Source: Geobacter metallireducens GS-15 (GTDB taxonomy: Bacteria; Desulfobacterota; Desulfuromonadia; Geobacterales; Geobacteraceae). From it: DNA of 32,000 nt. A model generated the notes under the pieces. That model was not told the origin of the DNA. It saw only the letters and a program-made list of their open reading frames with translations, and ran no database searches. Position 1 is the stretch's first letter; each line of letters begins with the position of its first letter. Below are positions 5,418 to 14,900 of the stretch, piece after piece. The DNA lies in assembly GCF_000012925.1 (NCBI RefSeq), contig NC_007517.1:360001-392000 (forward strand), read 5' to 3'. The position numbers and the translations under genes were made by a program.

Positions 5418-8400
5418 ATGACACAGGAAAGGCTCAAGGACGACCGGTGCGGATGTGACCGCGGGTGGGAAGAGTTCTACCGGAACCGCTGGCAGTACGA
5501 CAAGGTGGTGCGGAGCACCCACGGGGTGAACTGCACCGGCAGCTGTAGCTGGATGGTCCATGTGAAGGACGGCATCGTCGGCTGGGAGCTCCAGGCCAAC
5601 GACTATCCCCAGTTCGACGGCACCATTCCCAACCACGAGCCCCGGGGGTGCACCCGGGGGATCAGCTACTCCTGGTACCTCTACAGCCCGCTGCGGGTGA
5701 AGTACCCCTACATGCGCGGCGCCCTCATCGATCTCTGGCGTGACGCCCGGAGCCGCCACGAAGACCCCGTGGAGGCCTGGAAGAGCATCGTGGAGAACCC
5801 GGAATCCCGTCGGGCCTACGTGAGCAAGCGGGGGACCGGTGGCATGCGCCGGGCCGACTGGGACGAGGTGACCGAGCTGATCGCCGCCTCCTCCATCTAC
5901 ACCGCGAAGAAGTACGGCCCGGACCGGGTCATCGGCTTCTCGCCGATCCCGGCCATGTCCATGATCAGCTACGCGGCCGGTACCCGGTTCCTCCAGCTCT
6001 TCGGCGGGGTCGCCATGAGCTTCTACGACTGGTACTGCGACCTCCCGCCGGCGTCGCCCCAGGTCTGGGGTGAGCAGACCGACGTGAACGAGTCCGCCGA
6101 CTGGTACAACGCCTCCTACATTGTGCTCTGCGGCTCCAACGTCCCCATGACCCGGACCCCGGACGCCCACTTCATGACCGAGGCCCGCTACCGGGGGACC
6201 AAGGTGGTGGTCATGTCGCCGGACTACAACATCGCCACCAAGTTCGCCGACAACTGGCTCCCGGTGGAGCAGGGGCACGACGGCGCCTTCTGGATGGCGG
6301 TGAACCACGTGATCCTCAAGGAGTGCTACGCCGACCGCCAGGTCCCCTTCTTCCAGGAGTATGCCCTCAAGTACACGGACCTCCCGTTCCTCGTGAAGCT
6401 GGAGGAGAAGGACGGAGCGTTGAAGCAGGGGGAATTCCTCCGGGCTGCCGAGTTCGAGCGGAGCGCCTCCCTCGAGCATGCCGACTGGACCCTCTGCGTG
6501 GCCGACGGCGCCGGGGACGTGAAGATCCCCCACGGGAGCCTCGGCACCCGCTGGAGCAAGCAGGAGGGGAAGTGGAACCTGGACATGACGGATCTCGTGG
6601 ACGGTACCCCCATCGACTGCCGCCTGACCCTCCTGGGTGGCGAGACCGGGAAGGTCCGCTTCCGGTTTGAAGCGGAAGGGGAGAGCGTCCGCGAGGTGCC
6701 GGTCCGGCGGATTGAGACGAAGAACGGCCCCGTGACGGTGGCTACCGTGTACGACCTTCTCATGGCCCAGTTCGGCGTTTCCCGGGGCCTCGGGGGGGAC
6801 TATCCCAAGAGCTACGACTCCGACAAGCCCTTCACCCCCAAGTGGCAGGAGAAGTACACCGGCATCGCCGCCGAATCCCTCATCAAGATCGCCCGGGAGT
6901 GGGCCGAGAACGGCGAGAAGAGCGGCGGCCGGAACATGATCATCATCGGCGCCGGGGTCAACCACTGGTACCACAACGACCTCATCTACCGGGCCGCCAT
7001 CACCGCCCTGATCCTGACCGGCAGCGTCGGCCGCAACGGCGCGGGGCTCGCCCACTACGTGGGGCAGGAGAAGGTGGTCCCCCTGGCTCCCTGGACATCC
7101 ATCGCCATGGCCCAGGACTGGGTAAAGCCGTCCCGGCTCCAGAACACCCCGAGCTTCTGGTACATCCACTCGGACCAGTGGCGCTACGACCGGACATTCG
7201 TCGACTACCTCAAGCCCGAGACCGGCGAGCGGATGCCCCTCCACGCCGCCGACATGAACGCCAAGGCGGCCCGGCTCGGCTGGCTCCCCTTCGCCCCCCA
7301 CTTCAACGAGAGCCCCCTGCGGCTCGTGGAGGCGGCCAAGGCCGCCGGCGCCCAGAGCGACGACGAAATCCGCTCCTGGCTCGTGAATCGCCTGAAGAGC
7401 GGAGAAACCCGCTTCGCCATCGAGGACCCGGATGGCCAGGGGAACTCCCCCAAGGTCTGGTTCATCTGGCGGGCCAACGCCATCTCCTCCAGCGCCAAGG
7501 GGCACGAGTTCTTCCTGAAGCACGTCATCGGCGCCCCCAACAGCAGCGTGAGCGCCAAGGAGGTGGCCAAGGGGCAGGTGAAGGATCTCGTGTGGCACGA
7601 CAAGGCCCCCGAAGGGAAGATGGACCTGGTGGTGGACCTCAACTTCCGGATGGACACCTCCACCCTCTACTCGGACATCGTCCTCCCCACGGCCACCTGG
7701 TACGAGAAGTCGGACCTGAACACCACCGACATGCACTCCTTCATCAACTGCCTGGACGCCGCCGTGCCGCCGTCCTGGGAGTCGAAATCTGACTGGAAGA
7801 TCTTCACCCGCATCGCCAAGAAGGTGAGCGAGCTGGCGGTGAAGCACCTCCCCACGCCGGTGAAGGATATCATCGCCGCGCCGCTCCTCCACGACACCCC
7901 GGGCGAGATCGCCCAGCGGCAGGTGAAGGACTGGAAGCTCGGCGAGTGCGAGGCGATCCCCGGCAAGACCATGCCGAACCTGGCCATCGTGGAGCGGGAC
8001 TACGTGAACCTCTACAACCGCTACGTGTCGGTGGGGCCCCATATCGGCCACCTCCATGCCCACGGGGTCAGTTGGGAGGCGGACGACGTCCACGAGCAGC
8101 TCCTGGAGACCATGCCGACCCGCACCTGGAACGGCAAGTCGTTCCTGGACATCGAAGACGAAAAGACCGTGGCCGACGTGCTCCTCTCCTTCGCGCCGGA
8201 GTCCAACGGGGAGCTGGCCTACCGGGCCTACCAGAACCTGGAGAAGCGGGTCGGCAAGCCCCTGGCCGGGATCGCCGCCGGAAGCCGCGACCTGCGGATC
8301 AAGTGGGAGCACGTGACCCAGAAGCCCCAGCGCTACTGCAGCACCCCGGTCTGGAGCGGCCTCGTGAACAACGGGCGTCCCTACGCCCCCTATACCCTGA

Positions 8401-8993
8401 ACGTGGAATACGACGTGCCGTGGCGCACCCTCTCGGGGCGCCAGTCCCTCTACCTGGACCACCCCTACTACGGCGAGTTCCACGAGGGGCTCCCCACCTT
8501 CAAGGCGAAGCTCAACCCGGCGATTCTGGACGAGACCGAGGGGGAACAGGGGCTTGTCCTCAACTTCCTCACCCCCCACGGCAAGTGGAGCATCCATTCC
8601 ACCTACAGCGACAACCTCCGAATGCTCACCCTGGGCCGGGGGGGACCGGTGGTCTGGCTCAACCACGAGGACGCAGCCGGGGCCGGCATCGAGGACAACG
8701 AGGAGATCGAGGTCTACAACTTCAACGGCGTGGTGGTCTCCCGGGCCTGTGTCTCCTCCCGGATCCCGAAAGGGGCCGCGGTGATGTACCACGCGCCGGA
8801 GCGGACCATCAACATCCAGAAGTCAAAGAAGACCGGCAAGCGGGGCGGGGTCCACAACAGCCTCTCCCGCATCCGCCTGAAGCCGACCCTGATGCTCGGG
8901 GGCTACGCCCAGTTCAGCTACTACTTCAACTACTGGGGACCGACCGGCGTGAACCGGGACAGCTACGTGGTCGTCAGAAAGCTGAGGGGGTGA
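5418..8993 (+). CDS. narG: Respiratory nitrate reductase alpha subunit NarG (1191 aa)
   Basis: The N-terminus [22 protein letters not shown] aligns by eye with E. coli NarG ([22 protein letters not shown]; FS0 H-x3-C-x3-C motif). Length and overall sequence fit a molybdopterin oxidoreductase. No twin-arginine signal. Confidence 0.97.
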   Translation: [1191 protein letters not shown]

Positions 8994-8997
8994 GACA

Positions 8998-10452
8998 ATG
9001 GATGTCAGAGCACAACTGGTAATGGTGTTCAACCTGGACAAATGCATCGGCTGCCACGCCTGCAGCCTCTCCTGCAAGAACATCTGGACCGACCGCAAGG
9101 GCGCCGAATACATGTGGTGGAACAACGTGGAGACGAAACCCGGCGTCGGCTACCCGAAGAAGTGGGAAGACCAGGAGGAGTTCAAGGGGGGATGGGTCGC
9201 CGACGGGCATAACCTGCGGCTCAAGGCCATGGGGAAGGGGCCGACGCTCCTCAACATGTTCTTCCAGCCCAACATGCCGAAGCTGGAGGACTACTACGAG
9301 CCCTTCGACTTCGACTACGGCAACCTCTACGGGGCCAAGGGGGGGGATGACCAGCCCGTGGCCGAGGCCTTTTCCCAGATCACCGGGGAGAAGATGGCCC
9401 ATATCAAGGCCGGCCCCAACTGGGACGACGACCTCTCCGGCTCCCAGGTCTACGCGTCGGCAGACGTGAACCTGGAGGACAAAAAGATCATCGAGCAGTA
9501 CAGCACGATGTTCATGCAGTACCTCCCCCGCATCTGCAACCACTGCGCGAACCCGGCCTGCGTCGCCTCCTGCCCGTCCCGGGCCATCTACAAGCGGGGG
9601 GAGGACGGGGTGGTTCTGGTGGACCAGGAGGTCTGCAAGGGGTGGCGGTTCTGCACGAGCGCCTGCCCCTACAAGAAGGTCTACTTCAACTGGAACAGCG
9701 GCAAGGCGGAGAAGTGCATCTTCTGCTTCCCCCGGACCGAGACCGGCCAGTGCAACGCCTGCGCCCACAGCTGCGTCGGCCGTATCCGCTACGTGGGGGT
9801 CCTCCTCTACGACGCCGAGAAGGTGGAGCAGGCGCTCCTGAAGCCCGACAACCAGCTCGTCGAGGCCCATCGGGGGGTGATCCTCGATCCCCGGGACGAG
9901 GCGGTCCGGGAAGGGGCGAGGAAGAATGGCGTCCCCGAGCAGTGGCTGGAGGCCGCCGAGAAGTCGCCGGTCTATGCCTTGATCAAGGAGTTCGAACTCG
10001 CCCTGCCGCTCCACCCCGAGTTTCGGACCATGCCCATGGCCTACTACATCCCCTCCCTCTCGCCGGTTCTGACCTCCGGCGGCGAGCTCCACGAGCTGGT
10101 GGAGCACGGCACGATCCCGACCCGGGAGGCCCTGCGCGCCCCCATCGGGTACCTGGCGAGCCTCTTCGGGGGCGGCAACCGGGACGTGGTGGCGGCGGCC
10201 CTGGAGAAGCTCATCGCCCTTCGCATCCACATGCGGGCCAAGAACCTCAACCAGCCCACGGACGAGGCGAGCCTCGGGAAGGCCGGGCTCGACGAGGCAG
10301 GGGCGAAACGTCTCTACCGTCTCTTCACCATCGGCGGCTACAACGAGCGGAACATCATTCCGCCCCAGCAGCGGGAAGAGCTCGATTCCCACACCCGCAA
10401 GGGGGCCAGCGGCTTCGGCATTCTCAAGAAGACGGGGAGGGGAAAACGATGA
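8998..10452 (+). CDS. narH: Respiratory nitrate reductase beta subunit NarH (484 aa)
   Basis: MVFNLDKCIGCHACSLSCKNIWT, YLPRICNHCANPACVASCPS, KCIFCFPR and CVGRIRYVGVLLYD closely parallel E. coli NarH. Starts 4 nt after the narG stop. Confidence 0.97.
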   Translation: MDVRAQLVMVFNLDKCIGCHACSLSCKNIWTDRKGAEYMWWNNVETKPGVGYPKKWEDQEEFKGGWVADGHNLRLKAMGKGPTLLNMFFQPNMPKLEDYYEPFDFDYGNLYGAKGGDDQPVAEAFSQITGEKMAHIKAGPNWDDDLSGSQVYASADVNLEDKKIIEQYSTMFMQYLPRICNHCANPACVASCPSRAIYKRGEDGVVLVDQEVCKGWRFCTSACPYKKVYFNWNSGKAEKCIFCFPRTETGQCNACAHSCVGRIRYVGVLLYDAEKVEQALLKPDNQLVEAHRGVILDPRDEAVREGARKNGVPEQWLEAAEKSPVYALIKEFELALPLHPEFRTMPMAYYIPSLSPVLTSGGELHELVEHGTIPTREALRAPIGYLASLFGGGNRDVVAAALEKLIALRIHMRAKNLNQPTDEASLGKAGLDEAGAKRLYRLFTIGGYNERNIIPPQQREELDSHTRKGASGFGILKKTGRGKR

Positions 10453-11069
10453 CAGCGGATATCTATTCATCCCTCGCCCGGATGCTCGACTATCCCCAGG
10501 AGAAAAAGAGCCTCCTGTGGGCCATCGGCACCGTCCAGAGGTATCTGAGCGAAGAGGGGCTGGAGTGCCCCCTCGACACCTTCGGAGAGTTCATGGCCGC
10601 ATCGACCCTGGCGGAGCTCCAGGAGGAATACGTGGCGACCTTCGATTTCAACCCGGCGGTGGCCCCCTATCTGGGGCACCACCTCTTTGGCGACAACCAG
10701 AAGAAGGGGGCGTATCTCATTGCCCTGAAGGGGGAGTATGGCCGCCACGGCTACACCCCCCTCGGCAACGAGCTTCCCGATCATCTCCCCGTCATACTCT
10801 GGTTCCTGGCCCATCTGGTCCGCGGGGGAGAGGACGACGCACGGAGATCGTTCATTGACCGGCACGTATTGCCGGGGGTCGAGAAGCTCAGTGACAGCTT
10901 CGCGGCATCCCGCCGGGATTCCCCCTGGAGGCCCGCGGTCGAGGCCGTCCGCCTCATCTGCGGCGAGGACTCCGCCCGGGGAGAGCACCCCGCGGAAGGG
11001 ATCGGCGATGGCGTTCTTGAAAAAAACCGCCCGAAAACGGCTGCGCATCCGGAGGTAAGCCCATGCTGA
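10449..11069 (+). CDS. narJ: Nitrate reductase assembly chaperone NarJ (206 aa)
   Basis: ATGA overlap with the narH stop. FDFNPAVAPYLGHHLFGD and ELPDHLPVILWFLAHL are NarJ/TorD-family-like. Only the 3' part of track ORF 9642..11069 is used. Confidence 0.85.
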   Translation: MTADIYSSLARMLDYPQEKKSLLWAIGTVQRYLSEEGLECPLDTFGEFMAASTLAELQEEYVATFDFNPAVAPYLGHHLFGDNQKKGAYLIALKGEYGRHGYTPLGNELPDHLPVILWFLAHLVRGGEDDARRSFIDRHVLPGVEKLSDSFAASRRDSPWRPAVEAVRLICGEDSARGEHPAEGIGDGVLEKNRPKTAAHPEVSPC

Positions 11070-11758
11070 ACACCGTGCTGAACACCTTTATCTTTGTGGC
11101 CCTTCCCTATGTGGCCCTGGCGATGCTCATCGTCGTCACCCCCTACCGCTATTACTCGAACCGTCTCACCTGGTCGGCCTACTCCACCCAGTTCCTGGAG
11201 CGGAAGACCCTCTACTGGGGGGCCAACCCTTGGCACTACGGGATCATCCCCATCATACTGGCCCACACCCTTGGCGTTGTGGCCCCCGGTGCCATGAAGT
11301 CGCTCTTGGGGAACGTTGAGGTCCTGGTCTTTCTGGAGAGCGTGGGGCTCGGCCTGGGGCTCTTCGCGCTCTTCGGCTGCGTGGTGCTCCTGCTGCGTCG
11401 CGTCAACGCTCCCATGCTGAAGCGCGTAACCTATCCCGCCGACTGGGTGCTCCTCATTCTGCTGACCTTCCAGACGCTCACCGGGGTCTACATCAGCCTC
11501 TTCATGCGCTGGGGCTCCCAGTGGTACCTCCACACGGCGGTTCCCTACCTCTATTCGCTCCTCTACTTCAACCCGAAGGTGGAGTACCTGGCCGACTTCC
11601 CCCTCATCCTCAAGCTGCACGCGGCAGGGGCATTCCTGATCGTGGCGCTCCTGCCGTTCACCAAGCTGGTCCACCTCCTCTACTGGCCTCTCGATTTTCT
11701 CAAGGATCCACCCATCCTCTACCGCTGGCGCTCCCGGCCCGAGGGGAAGGTGGAGTAA
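11063..11758 (+). CDS. narI: Respiratory nitrate reductase gamma subunit NarI (231 aa, diheme b)
   Basis: GGAGGT 6 nt upstream; overlaps narJ by 7 nt. Five hydrophobic helices with conserved His (PWHYGIIPIILAHTLG; KLHAAGAFLIVALLPFTKLVHLL), as in E. coli NarI. Confidence 0.9.
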   Translation: MLNTVLNTFIFVALPYVALAMLIVVTPYRYYSNRLTWSAYSTQFLERKTLYWGANPWHYGIIPIILAHTLGVVAPGAMKSLLGNVEVLVFLESVGLGLGLFALFGCVVLLLRRVNAPMLKRVTYPADWVLLILLTFQTLTGVYISLFMRWGSQWYLHTAVPYLYSLLYFNPKVEYLADFPLILKLHAAGAFLIVALLPFTKLVHLLYWPLDFLKDPPILYRWRSRPEGKVE

Positions 11759-11778
11759 CGGCATTCAAGGAGAACGCC

Positions 11779-13098
11779 ATGGAAAGGCACGAGCAGAAGA
11801 CGGCAACGGCGGCAACGTGGGGGACCCAGGTCAGGACGCGCACCATGGCGACCCACAGGTACAAGCAGATCTCGGTCCTGACGATGAACACCTTCGCCTT
11901 CACTGTCTGCTTCGCGGTCTGGGTGATGTTCTCCATCATCGGCATCCCGATCAAGGGCGCCCTAGGCCTGAACGAGACCCAGTTCGGCATCCTGGCCGCA
12001 ACCCCCATTCTCTCCGGCTCATTGATTCGGCTGCCGCTCGGGATGTGGACCGACAAGTACGGCGGACGCATTGTCTTCTTCATTCTGATGCTCTGCACCA
12101 TCGTCCCCATCTACCTGGTGAGCGCCGCCACGGCGTACTGGCACTTTCTCCTCCTGGGGCTCTTCATCGGTCTTGCCGGCGGCGCCTTCTCGGTGGGGAT
12201 CAGCTACACCGCCCGCTGGTTCACCAAGGCCCGTCAGGGATTCGCCATGGGGATCTTTGGCGCCGGGAACGCGGGGGCCGCGGTCACCAAGTTCCTGGCC
12301 CCCTCCCTGGTGGTGGCCTACGGCTGGCAGATGGTCCCCAAGGTCTATGCCGTGGCCATGCTCGTGACGGCCATCCTGTTTTGGGCATTCACCTTCACCG
12401 AGCACAGCCACAAAGTGAGCTCCACCGTGACCATCAAAGACCAGCTGGCGGCCCTCAGGGACCCGAAGGTCTGGCGCTACTGCCAGTACTACGCCATCGT
12501 CTTCGGGGGCTACGTGGGGCTCTCCCTCTGGATGACCAAGTACTACATCAACGAGTACGGCTTCGACATCCGGACCGCGGCCCTGGTGGCCGCCATCTTC
12601 GTGCTACCCTCCGGCGTGATCCGCGCCCTGGGAGGGTGGCTGTCGGACCGTTTCGGCGCCCACACCGTCACCTGCTGGGTCATGTGGGTCTCCGGCGGGT
12701 GCCTCCTGCTCCTCTCGATCCCCCACTTCGATGTGGTTGTCACCACGGTGAACGGTCCCGTCGCGCGCCACGTGGGGCTCAACGTATGGGTGTTCACCTC
12801 CCTTCTCTTCGTTGTCGGCATTGCGTGGGGATTCGGCAAGGCATCGGTGTTCAAGCACATCTCCGATGAATACCCCCACAACATCGGCGTGATCTCCGGC
12901 ATCGTGGGGCTCATTGGCGGGCTCGGCGGGTTTGTCCTCCCCATCATGTTCGGCGCCCTGGTGGACCTGACCGGTGTCCGGAGCACCGCTTTCATGCTCC
13001 TGTACGGTTCCACGTGCGTTTCCCTGTTCTGGATGTACCTGGCCCTGAAGAAAGAAAACGTTCATCGCAAGCTGAAGACCGCCGACATTCTCGAATAA
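11779..13098 (+). CDS. narK: MFS nitrate/nitrite transporter NarK-type, copy 1 (439 aa)
   Basis: AAGGAG upstream of ATG 11779 (the ORF opens earlier, inside narI). 12-helix MFS pattern with Gly-rich NarK-like motifs (GGAFSVGISY, GIFGAGNAGAA). An alternative start at 11845 is possible. Confidence 0.85.
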   Translation: MERHEQKTATAATWGTQVRTRTMATHRYKQISVLTMNTFAFTVCFAVWVMFSIIGIPIKGALGLNETQFGILAATPILSGSLIRLPLGMWTDKYGGRIVFFILMLCTIVPIYLVSAATAYWHFLLLGLFIGLAGGAFSVGISYTARWFTKARQGFAMGIFGAGNAGAAVTKFLAPSLVVAYGWQMVPKVYAVAMLVTAILFWAFTFTEHSHKVSSTVTIKDQLAALRDPKVWRYCQYYAIVFGGYVGLSLWMTKYYINEYGFDIRTAALVAAIFVLPSGVIRALGGWLSDRFGAHTVTCWVMWVSGGCLLLLSIPHFDVVVTTVNGPVARHVGLNVWVFTSLLFVVGIAWGFGKASVFKHISDEYPHNIGVISGIVGLIGGLGGFVLPIMFGALVDLTGVRSTAFMLLYGSTCVSLFWMYLALKKENVHRKLKTADILE

Positions 13099-13137
13099 CA
13101 GCCAATAACAGCCAATTCCCATGGAAGGAGAATAACG

Positions 13138-14565
13138 ATGCCAACGGACGTATTGACAGCAACGGAAACGAAAAAGAGTGCATCATCGCACGTTCTGACG
13201 GAGTGGACCCCGGAAGACCAGCATTTCTGGGAAACCAGGGGGAAGGCCATTGCCACCCGCAACCTCTGGATCTCGATCCCGGCCCTCTTCCTGGCCTTTG
13301 CGGTCTGGATGGTCTGGAGCGTGGTCTGCGTGAACCTCCCCAACATCGGCTTCAAGTACGACACCAACAAGCTCTTCTGGCTGACCGCCCTCCCCGCGCT
13401 TGCGGGGGCGACGCTCCGCATCTTCTACTCCTTCATGGTCCCCATCTTCGGGGGACGCCGGTGGACCGCCATCAGCACGGCATCGCTCCTGATTCCCGCC
13501 ATGGGGATCGGCTTTGCGGTACGGGACCCCGCGACCAGCTACTCGACCATGCTGATCCTGGCCGTCCTCTGCGGGTTCGGCGGCGGCAACTTCGCCTCCA
13601 GCATGGCCAACATCAGCTTCTTCTATCCCAAGGCCCTGAAGGGGACCGCCCTGGGGCTGAACGCCGGCCTGGGGAACCTGGGGGTGAGCGCCATGCAGTT
13701 CCTCGTGCCGCTGGTTATCTCCACCGGCATGTTCGCCGCCCTCTGCGGCGATCCCCAGCAGTGCGTCATCAACGGGGTGACCAAGCCTATGTGGCTCCAG
13801 AACGCCGGCTTCGTCTGGGTGCCGTTCATCGCCCTCTCCGCCCTGGTCGCCTGGTTCGGCATGAACGACATCGCCAGCGCCAAGGCATCCTTCAGTGACC
13901 AGGCCATCATCTTCCGGCGCAAGCACAACTGGCTCATGTGCATCCTCTACCTCGGCACCTTCGGTTCGTTCATCGGCTACTCGGCGGGGCTCCCGCTCCT
14001 GACCAAGTCCCAGTTCCCCGGCATCAACCCGGTCAAGTACGCCTTCCTCGGCCCCCTCGTGGGCGCACTGATCCGTCCCGTCGGTGGGTGGCTGGCCGAT
14101 AAGCTCGGTGGTGCGCGGGTCACCTTCTGGAACTTCATCATCATGGCCGGGGCCGTGTTCGGCGTGCTGGCGTTCCTCCCCCACGGCGGAGTCGGCGGCA
14201 ACTTCTGGGGATTCCTCGCCATGTTCATCCTCCTCTTCGCCACCACCGGCATCGGCAACGGCTCCACCTTCCGCATGATCCCGGTGATCTTCCTGACCGA
14301 GCGGCAGCGCGATGCGGCGGGAAGGGGGAAGGAGGCGGAGGAGCAGGCAATCAAGGACGCCAACAAGGAGGCGGCCGCCGTCCTGGGCTTCACCTCGGCA
14401 TTTGCGGCCTACGGCGGGTTTTTCATCCCCAAGAGCTTCGGCACCTCCATTGCCGCCACCGGTGGCCCCCAGGTGGCCCTCTACGGGTTCATCGCCTTCT
14501 ACGCGAGCTGTATCATCCTCACCTGGTGGTATTATTCGCGTAAGAACGCTGAAGTCCCCTGCTAA
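13138..14565 (+). CDS. narK: MFS nitrate/nitrite transporter NarK-type, copy 2 (475 aa)
   Basis: GGAAGGAG upstream of the ATG. MFS with NarK signatures (GFGGGNFASSMANISFFYPK, GLNAGLGNLGVS). The second transporter is consistent with the symporter plus antiporter pairs seen in nar clusters. Confidence 0.9.
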   Translation: MPTDVLTATETKKSASSHVLTEWTPEDQHFWETRGKAIATRNLWISIPALFLAFAVWMVWSVVCVNLPNIGFKYDTNKLFWLTALPALAGATLRIFYSFMVPIFGGRRWTAISTASLLIPAMGIGFAVRDPATSYSTMLILAVLCGFGGGNFASSMANISFFYPKALKGTALGLNAGLGNLGVSAMQFLVPLVISTGMFAALCGDPQQCVINGVTKPMWLQNAGFVWVPFIALSALVAWFGMNDIASAKASFSDQAIIFRRKHNWLMCILYLGTFGSFIGYSAGLPLLTKSQFPGINPVKYAFLGPLVGALIRPVGGWLADKLGGARVTFWNFIIMAGAVFGVLAFLPHGGVGGNFWGFLAMFILLFATTGIGNGSTFRMIPVIFLTERQRDAAGRGKEAEEQAIKDANKEAAAVLGFTSAFAAYGGFFIPKSFGTSIAATGGPQVALYGFIAFYASCIILTWWYYSRKNAEVPC

Positions 14566-14608
14566 TGCCGTTTCCCAGCAGGCATCTAACCAACAAAAGG
14601 AGAACAAT

Positions 14609-14887
14609 GTGAAAAAAACAGCTATCACCATCGCCTTCGTCGCCACTTCTGCCTTTGCCGCACATGTTTTCGCCGCCGACGTATTTGAATTCCCCGCATC
14701 AATGGGTAAAGTGACATTCCCCCATAAAATGCACCAGGAGATGCTGAAGGACTGCAAGAAGTGCCACGAAAACGGACCGGGCAAGATCAAGGACTTCGGC
14801 AAGGACTGGGCCCACAAGACCTGCAAGGGGTGCCATACCGAGCTGAAGAAAGGCCCGGTCGGCTGCACGGACTGCCACAAGAAGTAA
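14609..14887 (+). CDS. ppcF: Periplasmic triheme cytochrome c7, PpcA family (92-aa precursor)
   Basis: GTG start 8 nt after AAGGAG (the nearby ATG at 14607 is out of frame). Signal peptide ends HVFA/AD. The mature ~71 aa carry CKKCH, CKGCH and CTDCH and align by eye with Geobacter PpcA (..FPHK.H......CKKCHE.GPGKI..FGK..AH...CKGCH...KKGP..C..CHKK). The symbol comes from my memory of a ppc paralog in the G. metallireducens nar operon and is unverified. Confidence 0.9.
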   Translation: MKKTAITIAFVATSAFAAHVFAADVFEFPASMGKVTFPHKMHQEMLKDCKKCHENGPGKIKDFGKDWAHKTCKGCHTELKKGPVGCTDCHKK

Positions 14888-14900
14888 ATATGGGAACCTG

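Noticed and set aside
5418-5560. Periplasmic (Tat-exported) orientation of the nitrate reductase
   Set aside because: The NarG N-terminus has no twin-arginine motif and carries the usual FS0 His/Cys motif. narJ and narI are present, which fits a canonical cytoplasm-facing Nar.
4992-8792. 1266-aa ORF on the minus strand
   Set aside because: It is fully antisense to narG, whose product aligns with E. coli NarG. The translation is a G/R/P/V/H/D-rich low-complexity string with no motifs, which is a typical shadow ORF of GC-rich coding DNA.
9642-10448. N-terminal 269 codons of track ORF 9642..11069
   Set aside because: This part lies inside narH in another frame. Only the segment from ATG 10449 (ATGA overlap with the narH stop) resembles NarJ.
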